DNA of 64,000 nucleotides from a virus. A model generated the notes under the pieces. It was given only the letters and a program-made list of their open reading frames with translations, searched no databases and was not told where the DNA came from. Made by a program: the position numbers and the translations under genes. The stretch spans positions 1-64,000 of the IMG/VR virus record IMGVR_UViG_3300022562_000333; one strand, given 5' to 3'. Below, in pieces: positions 27,218-34,628 of this stretch. Within the stretch, counting starts at the first letter, position 1, and the number at the start of each line of letters is the position of its first letter.

Positions 27218-29233
27218 CTACAGGTCGATCTTGTGACCCCCCAGCTCGACAGAGACCGGAGCAGCCTTCGTCGGCTCCGGGTTCAAGTCGATCTCAATCC
27301 CGGACTTCATGCCGAATTCCGCGACGATTGACTTGGTGTTTTGCATGAGGCTGGCGAGGTTGATCTCCGTCGATTGACCCGAGGAGAGGATCTCCTGCTG
27401 TTGAGCCTTCTTGTCGGCGTACGGCGGCTCGTTGACCAGATCCTTGTTGTACTTGGAGCAGTAGCCGACCTTCGTTTGAAGCACGCAGCTAGAGCACTTG
27501 GACCCCAACTTGACGTAGGGGACGAGACGCGAACGGTGGAGCCTTGCCCCTTCCTCGCAACCCTTCGCGTAGTCCCCGTAGACCATCGGATCTACGTAGT
27601 AGATCCCCTGGAGACCTTGCTCCGCCAAGATGGTCTTCAACTCCGGAGCCGCCGCCTTGATGTCTCGGGGATCGAACTGGCGCTTGAGGACCGCCCCAAG
27701 TTGGGTGCCGTAAAGGCCCTCGTTCAAGTATCGGGCGGCCGTCTTGACGATTTCCCGCTTCGTGAGGCCCGCCGTGACGTGCCCATGATCTGCACCACGG
27801 AAGGCTTGCTCGACGTATGATCGCATTGGCGTAGAGTCAGCCTTACCTACCTGAGAGGCGACCCTGTAGATGGCCTTCAGGGCTTCCTTGGGCGTCGGAC
27901 CCCAAGCGATCTTCTCCGCACCCGTCTCCAGCTTGCCCGCCAGACGGTGCTCCCAGATGACTTGCTTGACGGTCTCATCCGTCAGGGGGGTTTCGGTGTT
28001 CGCCGCGAGGGGGCGGCCGTAGATGAGGCAGCGGGACATCTTGTTGTAGATGCACCCGTTGCACTTACCCCCAGCCACGATCGCCTTGACGGTGGGGTTA
28101 TGCTTCGCGAAGAAGTCTGCTCCAACCCCGCAGTCGTCAAAGGAGTCCTGCGTAGCGTAGACGGTCCCGTAGAGGCCCGCTTGATCGATCAAGGGCCGCC
28201 AATGGGAGGCCGTGTTCTTGAGGTCTGAAACCGAGAAGGAGAGCTTCAGAGCATGAACCAGCTCGGGGACGCTACGCCCCTTGAGCATCTCTCGACGAAG
28301 AAGCGACGTGACCTCAAAGGCCGTCCGGTCCTCCCCGGTCTTGACCCCAGCCGTCTTTCCCTCGGGGGTCGGAGGCTGCCACGCCTGCTCAGAGGCCAGA
28401 AGGCGTTGCGCTTCGGTCTGGAAAACAGGGAGGTGAACCTTGCCCGGAGCCGACGCTTGGCGGAGTTGGCGAGCCGGATCGACCACGGGCTTCGGGGTCT
28501 CTACCGACCCCGCAACAGTCACATCCTTGGCGAGATACGCCGCCTGAATACGACCACGGGGATCTGTGGAGGACGCCTGAACTTGCTTCCCCTTGGCCGA
28601 CTGAGAACGCTCGACCGCGTCAGCCAACTCAGGCGTGTAGGGAACCTCCAGAACGATCTTCTTCTTGAAGACTCCACATGTGTCGGCGGAATTGTGGATG
28701 CACCCTTGGCAATCGCTCTTGGCGACCACGAAACGGGCGTCAGCGGCGTAACGCCTGACGAACGTGGTCAACGTCTTCGACGACTGTGCGCAGTTGGTGA
28801 AGTCGGCGGCCGACACGTAGTACCGACCAAGTAGCCCACGCTCCCGCAGAACCGAGGCAAGAGCGGTCTTGGCGTTCGTGATGAGGTCCGTATCGAACCT
28901 GGACGTGAGCGCCTGCTTCAACTGCCCCAGGTTGGTCGTCTGCATGAGCGTGTAGCGAGCCACCTTGATGACCTGCTCCACTGCCGCTTGCTTACCCTGG
29001 TGAGCCTCGCTCAAGGCAGACAGCGACGGAACCTTGTCCTTGTTCGGGACGAGATAAGCCCCTGCCGGCTGGTCCTTGTGATCCCACATGGCCTGGAGGT
29101 CCGGGGAGATGTCGAGGTTTTGCTTCGGGAGCTTGTCCAGGTCCCGATACTGCTGTTCATCGACATCGAGCCAATCGAGGTCGGCGACGGAGCCCTCTTT
29201 CAAGAAGTTGGTGAGATCGCCGAGATCAGCCAT
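27218..29233 (-). CDS. Protein with three Cys4 repeats (about 671 aa)
   Basis: ATG at 29233 with SD GAGG; three GLxGxxY..C..CxxC..C..Y/F units. Confidence 0.75.
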   Translation of the reverse strand: MADLGDLTNFLKEGSVADLDWLDVDEQQYRDLDKLPKQNLDISPDLQAMWDHKDQPAGAYLVPNKDKVPSLSALSEAHQGKQAAVEQVIKVARYTLMQTTNLGQLKQALTSRFDTDLITNAKTALASVLRERGLLGRYYVSAADFTNCAQSSKTLTTFVRRYAADARFVVAKSDCQGCIHNSADTCGVFKKKIVLEVPYTPELADAVERSQSAKGKQVQASSTDPRGRIQAAYLAKDVTVAGSVETPKPVVDPARQLRQASAPGKVHLPVFQTEAQRLLASEQAWQPPTPEGKTAGVKTGEDRTAFEVTSLLRREMLKGRSVPELVHALKLSFSVSDLKNTASHWRPLIDQAGLYGTVYATQDSFDDCGVGADFFAKHNPTVKAIVAGGKCNGCIYNKMSRCLIYGRPLAANTETPLTDETVKQVIWEHRLAGKLETGAEKIAWGPTPKEALKAIYRVASQVGKADSTPMRSYVEQAFRGADHGHVTAGLTKREIVKTAARYLNEGLYGTQLGAVLKRQFDPRDIKAAAPELKTILAEQGLQGIYYVDPMVYGDYAKGCEEGARLHRSRLVPYVKLGSKCSSCVLQTKVGYCSKYNKDLVNEPPYADKKAQQQEILSSGQSTEINLASLMQNTKSIVAEFGMKSGIEIDLNPEPTKAAPVSVELGGHKIDL

Positions 29234-30713
29234 TGGAACCTCTGTCATCGTCTTCGTGCCGGAAGACATCTTGAATGTCGTTGCGGTAGTTGTGCGTGGT
29301 CCAGTCGTACTTGACGTACGGAGGGTCTTGGTGTTCGAGACTCTGCCCAACGTCCATCAAATCTCGGTCGTAGTTGTAGAGGGGTGGCACTTGGTCGCCC
29401 GGCACCCTCGACGACCCGTCATCCGGCAACATACGCCAATCATGAACGTGCTCCCCTTGGTGGGTCACGTTGAATTGGTTGCCCTTGTTACCCTCGAAGT
29501 AGTCCGACCTAGCGACTGGATCCGGGCCGTCAAACGGGAGCTTGGATTCTGCTTGAGGCCCGCACCCACAACCCGCCCAAACGTTACGCTCGACGCCGTC
29601 CAGATACGGACCGGCCCCCTCTTCCGTATCTCGGGTGGGGGCGCCGGGATCGTTCGGGAGGTCGCTGGAGGGGCCGTAAACGCCTCGGCCGTCTGGCGAC
29701 TTGGTGCCGTAACCCTCGGTGCCTCGTCCTTTGGCTCCGTAACCGATGCCGAAGTCCCGCCCTTCCGTCTCCGTGGGGTCGCTGGTCGCGTCAGGGATCG
29801 CTGACTCCCCCCATGCTTCAAGACCAGTCTTGTCGAGCAAGTTGTTGGAGAAGTCCGATTCGTAGTCGTACTCGTCGTCTACCCCTTCGCTGAGACCCCA
29901 CGCATCTTCCGTGAGAGGCTCATCCCGGTTGTATGACCCGTACGGCCCCGTTTGCTCTCCTCGGTCGAGGTGGTCTACCCGAGGGCCTGGGAGGGTGGCT
30001 GGGGAAACAGAGCTGTTCGCCTGCTTCTGCATGGCGTTCTTCACATGCTGCTTGAAAGACTCCCCTTGAGGGATAGCTTCGTTGCCGGCATCCCCACCGC
30101 CAGGCAGCTCAGAGCTTTTGTCCTTCGTCTTGGTCTTCGACTTCGACTTGGGCTTGGGCTTGGTGTTCGGCGTACCCCCTGGGCCATCGTTCTTCTTCTC
30201 GATCTCTTGGACTTCCTTCTCCCCAAACGCCTCCGGGTCCTCAAGAACCTCCTCGGCCTCCTCCATGAACTCGGTCACGTCCTCGGCATCGTTCGCCCCA
30301 AGCTCAGCTAGGCTCGGTTGCCAGTGAGGGGCGTTGATCTCGTCGTGAACCGTATCCGTAATCGAAGAGAGCAGCTCACAAGCCTGCTGGAGCTTGCTGC
30401 GGATGTCCTTGACCTTGGTGACGTAACCTCGACCACCAAGCATTCCGTCCGGTGAGATTCGGGCAGACTTGAGCCGGGTGAATTCCTTGTAGGCAGCGAC
30501 CGCATGTCCGAGCGACACGCTGGACGAGAAGAGCATCCTCGCGAGCGGCTTCAGGGCCTTGGGGTCGAAGTCGTGGTTCTTGGGGATGTTCCGTTTCAGG
30601 CCATCCGATCCCCCGATAAAGGGCGGCGGCGGGGACGGGGAGTCGTCATCCTCGCTCTTGAAGAACCCGCCAGACTTGGCGATGATCAGCCGGACCTTTT
30701 GCTGGGTACTCAA
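29226..30713 (-). CDS. Acidic low-complexity putative inner-head protein (about 495 aa)
   Basis: TTG at 30713 with SD GAGGAGG; helical N-domain, then a D/G/P-rich tail with repeated SxLP motifs. Confidence 0.7.
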   Translation of the reverse strand: MSTQQKVRLIIAKSGGFFKSEDDDSPSPPPPFIGGSDGLKRNIPKNHDFDPKALKPLARMLFSSSVSLGHAVAAYKEFTRLKSARISPDGMLGGRGYVTKVKDIRSKLQQACELLSSITDTVHDEINAPHWQPSLAELGANDAEDVTEFMEEAEEVLEDPEAFGEKEVQEIEKKNDGPGGTPNTKPKPKSKSKTKTKDKSSELPGGGDAGNEAIPQGESFKQHVKNAMQKQANSSVSPATLPGPRVDHLDRGEQTGPYGSYNRDEPLTEDAWGLSEGVDDEYDYESDFSNNLLDKTGLEAWGESAIPDATSDPTETEGRDFGIGYGAKGRGTEGYGTKSPDGRGVYGPSSDLPNDPGAPTRDTEEGAGPYLDGVERNVWAGCGCGPQAESKLPFDGPDPVARSDYFEGNKGNQFNVTHQGEHVHDWRMLPDDGSSRVPGDQVPPLYNYDRDLMDVGQSLEHQDPPYVKYDWTTHNYRNDIQDVFRHEDDDRGSNG

Positions 30714-30723
30714 GGGATCCTCC

Positions 30724-30996
30724 TCAGTACCGGAGAGGCTTTCCGTTGTCGTCGAACTGGCGCTCAATGACCATCGAGCCGTCCGCCTCACGCTTGATGG
30801 CCCACAAGTCCTTCTCGGCCTTGTGGATGAGCGTGTCGTTGCTCAACCTCGTGAACGAGGCGAGGTCTTGGATCGATGCCACCTTCCGACGCCCCGTTGG
30901 GGTGACCATTTGAGGCTCACGAGCGAAGAAGGCGTCCAGGCCGTGGGAGGCTTGGACCTGGAACATGGAGCCGATGTCGAAGTCCTTGTTACTCAT
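30724..30996 (-). CDS. Hypothetical protein (90 aa)
   Basis: SD GAGGT, tight packing and an RKVAS site. Confidence 0.7.
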   Translation of the reverse strand: MSNKDFDIGSMFQVQASHGLDAFFAREPQMVTPTGRRKVASIQDLASFTRLSNDTLIHKAEKDLWAIKREADGSMVIERQFDDNGKPLRY

Positions 30997-31003
30997 CCTG
31001 ACC

Positions 31004-31906
31004 TCACGTTACGACAAGGACAATCTCAACGTCCTGGTAGCTGTTGGAGCTGTAACCAGAAACGCGGAGCTTCTCCGAATAGGTCCCTTGCAACAGGTTG
31101 TCCGGGGGTACGACCGTGACCGTGATATCGGTCGACTCGCTAGAGAGAAGCGTGCCCGAAGACGGAAGGAAGCTCGTGAGCCAGTCGGAGAGCCCCGTGA
31201 GCTTCTGAACCTGGAAGTCCAGAACCGATCCTACCAACCCAGTGTTTTGGACCGTGAAGGTTTGGGTCGGGATCGACGGGAAGGACCCGGACAACGGTTT
31301 GACAACACTGAAGTTGAGTACCGTTGGGTTCGTGTAGATGGTTGCCTTCGGCCGAACCGTGATGGTGACAGGAAACGTCTGCGGGTTGTTGGTCGCTGAG
31401 GGGTCTTGAATCGCGATGGTTTCGTTGTACGGGCTGCTGGTAGCAAGCAGATCCGTCGCATCCACCTCGATTTGAAACTGACCGGACTCGTTCAGGGCGA
31501 GGTTCCCAACGTTCGCTGGGGTTACCCGAACATACGCCGCCGATGTGGTGAGGGTGACCCCTAGAAGCGAGCCGTAGACTCCGTCGTTGGTGATGAGAAC
31601 CACCTCGGGCTCGGCAAAACCACGTCCTTCGTCGACCGTGAAGTTGAGCAACGTCGGAGGTCCGAGCAGGATGTTCGGAGCGAAGTTGGACTTCAACTCG
31701 TCGATCGACTCGGCCATCGCCGAGACAACCTCGCCGGGGATGGGGATGGAGTCCCTCAGTAACCCGTACGGTGACTTGATGTCCCGAACCGAGTAGAGGG
31801 GGTTCGATTGCGACACGTCCAACCGAGTCGTCCACTCCCACTTACCAGCGGCCGTGGCAAACTCGAACTTGTGGTCGTGTGCCCGAAGGTTCGAGACAAG
31901 CGGCAT
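31004..31906 (-). CDS. Protein with tandem Ig-like (BACON-like) domains, probably structural (300 aa)
   Basis: Two repeats of PTxLNF.V...ITN/VQN.G..GS.L...W/Y....P.....L...ES....I.V....L....Y; SD GAGG at the 31906 start. Confidence 0.72.
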   Translation of the reverse strand: MPLVSNLRAHDHKFEFATAAGKWEWTTRLDVSQSNPLYSVRDIKSPYGLLRDSIPIPGEVVSAMAESIDELKSNFAPNILLGPPTLLNFTVDEGRGFAEPEVVLITNDGVYGSLLGVTLTTSAAYVRVTPANVGNLALNESGQFQIEVDATDLLATSSPYNETIAIQDPSATNNPQTFPVTITVRPKATIYTNPTVLNFSVVKPLSGSFPSIPTQTFTVQNTGLVGSVLDFQVQKLTGLSDWLTSFLPSSGTLLSSESTDITVTVVPPDNLLQGTYSEKLRVSGYSSNSYQDVEIVLVVT

Positions 31907-31953
31907 GCGGTTCCTCTTGAACCGCACGCCATAAGAAGAAACGGGCTCTTAGC

Positions 31954-32589
31954 TTAGAAGCACCCGTCCCCACCCCTGTTCGACCACTGGGGCAATTTGA
32001 CCTCGCGCAAGATGTTGAATTTCTTGGACGCGATCGAAGAGAAGACCTTGCTGTACCGAGAGAACCGAGAATCCTCCCCAGCTCGTTTCTCCAGCGTGGT
32101 CACGGCGCCAAAGAAGCGGTGCCGAACTCTGCCCTGCGTAAGACCGAGCCGACTAGCGACTTCTGACTGACACGTGGTCTGCCACATGCCGACCAAGATG
32201 TTCACGTCGATGGGTTTGAACGGTACGTCGGGGAGGTCGCGGCGCATCTCCTCCTCGCTGACTTGGGGGATAGACAGGAGGAATCGAATTCGCTGGAGTC
32301 CTCGGTCGAGTCGGTAGCTGATAGCCGCCTGCGTCACCCCGAAGATTTCGGCGATGTCCGCCTGACGCTTCTTTTGGATGTAGTACAGGTCAATCAAGTC
32401 CGCTTCGCGTTCCGGAATCCGGTCGAGTAGCGGCTTGATCTCGTTCTCGAAGCTGAGCGTTGAGAGCAAGGGCTGGGCGTCGTCACCCTCTTCCTCCTCT
32501 TCCAACTCGTCGAATAAGGGCTCATCGGGGGCTGCGAATCGGTTGGCAAGTTCTGCCGGATCGACCGAAAAGACGTAGCCACCGCTCAT
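31954..32589 (-). CDS. Transcription factor with two tandem sigma70 region-4-like HTH domains (211 aa)
   Basis: LDRIPEREADLIDLYY..QADIAEIFGVTQAAISYRLDRGLQRIR and QSEVASRLGLTQGRVRHRF; no sigma2 region visible. Confidence 0.8.
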   Translation of the reverse strand: MSGGYVFSVDPAELANRFAAPDEPLFDELEEEEEGDDAQPLLSTLSFENEIKPLLDRIPEREADLIDLYYIQKKRQADIAEIFGVTQAAISYRLDRGLQRIRFLLSIPQVSEEEMRRDLPDVPFKPIDVNILVGMWQTTCQSEVASRLGLTQGRVRHRFFGAVTTLEKRAGEDSRFSRYSKVFSSIASKKFNILREVKLPQWSNRGGDGCF

Positions 32590-32606
32590 GATGCCCTCTC
32601 CTCCCG

Positions 32607-34628
32607 TCAGCTCTCGAAATTGAACTGCCCTTGTTGCTGCTTCACGAAACCAACTGAAGTTTGGAAGAACGGGTCCACGATCGGGTCAGCCTGGATGTTG
32701 AGACCCCCTATGGTCTCGGAGGCTGTCTTCGCATCGGGGGTTGGCGGGATCTCCTCGAACGGAAGGTCCGTGAGGAGCGTCATGAGTTTCAAATTGAGAC
32801 GAACTTGGTCCCCCGCTGAACGGATCTTGGCATACTGTTTCGGGGTGGTTCCCGACAGGTTCGATGCCAACATGTCTTCAACAGTGCCGTAGTTCTTCAA
32901 GAGCCCCGTGAGGATTTTGTCGGACACCATAGGGATGCCCGGTATCTCGTCCGAAGTGTCACCCAGCAACGCCCGAAGCTGGACCAAAGATTCAGGCGTG
33001 ACCCCATATTCTTCCACGACTTTATCCCGGTCGTAAAGGGTCTCTTGTCGATTTCCGACCTTGGGTGCTAGCACAATATCGGTAAGTGTCACCAGTTGTA
33101 GGAAGTCTTGGTCCGTGGAGACGATAACGTTGCGTTGTCCTTTGAGTTTTCCCCTGACCAGACACGCAATGATGTCGTCGGTCTCTTCGTCCTTGTTGAA
33201 CGCCTGAGTGACCCCCAGTGTCGGAAGGATGTTCCTGAGTCGGGTCATTTGGTTATCAGGTGTCGTTGCGCCGTTGGATGCCCGCTTTTGGCGACGCTTC
33301 AATTTGTAACCTGGGAACATTTCAATGCGGCGTTGGGGTGATCCATCCCAAACCACGTAGACCTTCGCGTTTGGGAACCGCTTCTTGTAGCTGGTAAGGC
33401 TTTTGAGGAACCCGAAGACCATCCCGGTTGGGTTGCCATCGGAGTCCGTGAGGGGGGTCTTCATCACACCCAGAGCGTTGGCGACTCGGTAGGCGAGGTT
33501 GTGCCCGTCGATGATGATGTTCTCGAACATGTCCGGTCTCCTCCACGTGAGCGCTTCGATGTTGTCCAGGTCCCTAGCGATGGAGTCAAGTCGCCGCACA
33601 ACGTCTTGAAGCCATTGGGTCTCGCGTTGCTTCGTCTTTACCCGCTCGTTGAACCCGTTTAGAATTTGCGTTTCAGACTGGCTCACCACGGGGTCCGTAG
33701 ACACGGAGTAGAAGAAGCCGGGGTTCTTTTGTATGATCGAGGTCATGTGCTTCACGCGCTCATGACGTGTCTTGATCCCAAGGAAGACCAGGCTCCGATC
33801 CTGGCGAAGCCACCCGTTTACGAGACTAAACTCCTCGTGTTTGCGGAGCAGGGGCGCTAGGTCAGCGTCAGGGGTTTGACGTACACGCTCAATGAGCCGC
33901 ATCTGCTCTAGGAGGGGGTCTCGGCGGTGCCACCACCGCATCGCCAGCTCAACGTTCGCGTACCTCTTGATGGCGTGTTCCAAGGGTTGAATGCTGAGCG
34001 GATCCCAGACCAAAAGGGGTCGCACGGCCCGAACCCAATCGCGGATCCTCTCGATTTTGGTGAGGAACGGAGAGAAGGTCGGGAGATCCGACTGATCCTT
34101 GGAAACGAACCGAAGGAAGCTCCTCGGGAGGGTGACGATGGCCTCTTTCGACCTGAGCTTGATGAATACTTGAACGCTGTCGTTCTCCGGGATCTCCTCG
34201 ATGATACGGCCGTTGATGCCCTTGTAGGCGCCGCTCATCACCTGGACTTCGTCCCCGACTTCGATCCCTTGCTCCGTCTCGACGTGGATCTGCTTTCGCA
34301 TCCGCTCGATATCGGAGTCTTGGACGCAGGCCATCTCCCGCACCGTCGTCTTCTTGTCGGAGCGGGCGATCGTCAAGACAGAGGAGATGTACTTCGTGCC
34401 TTCCAGACGGAGGAAGGCGTTGTCTGGTAGTGTTCTACGGATGAACACATAGTTGTCGATCAGCTTGTGGATGACTCGACTGTCCCCTTGAATCGAAATT
34501 GAAGCCGGGATGAAAATCTCGACCGCCTTGTCTCGAATCAGACGCACAAGGGCTGAGGAGAGGACTTCGGGGTCCTCATCCTCCCCTTGAGGGGACAACT
34601 CTAGGACCACCCACTCACGCTTCGCCAC
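32607..34628 (-). CDS. NusG-like (NGN+KOW) domain fused to a 5'-3' exonuclease/flap endonuclease (673 aa)
   Basis: N-terminus has WVVL..IFIP..LIDNYVFI..VGDEVQVMSGAYKGING. C-terminus has IIDGHNLAYR, VVWDG, YKLKR, ETDDIIA, STDQDFLQL and LLGDTSDEIPGI. Confidence 0.88.
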   Translation of the reverse strand: MAKREWVVLELSPQGEDEDPEVLSSALVRLIRDKAVEIFIPASISIQGDSRVIHKLIDNYVFIRRTLPDNAFLRLEGTKYISSVLTIARSDKKTTVREMACVQDSDIERMRKQIHVETEQGIEVGDEVQVMSGAYKGINGRIIEEIPENDSVQVFIKLRSKEAIVTLPRSFLRFVSKDQSDLPTFSPFLTKIERIRDWVRAVRPLLVWDPLSIQPLEHAIKRYANVELAMRWWHRRDPLLEQMRLIERVRQTPDADLAPLLRKHEEFSLVNGWLRQDRSLVFLGIKTRHERVKHMTSIIQKNPGFFYSVSTDPVVSQSETQILNGFNERVKTKQRETQWLQDVVRRLDSIARDLDNIEALTWRRPDMFENIIIDGHNLAYRVANALGVMKTPLTDSDGNPTGMVFGFLKSLTSYKKRFPNAKVYVVWDGSPQRRIEMFPGYKLKRRQKRASNGATTPDNQMTRLRNILPTLGVTQAFNKDEETDDIIACLVRGKLKGQRNVIVSTDQDFLQLVTLTDIVLAPKVGNRQETLYDRDKVVEEYGVTPESLVQLRALLGDTSDEIPGIPMVSDKILTGLLKNYGTVEDMLASNLSGTTPKQYAKIRSAGDQVRLNLKLMTLLTDLPFEEIPPTPDAKTASETIGGLNIQADPIVDPFFQTSVGFVKQQQGQFNFES

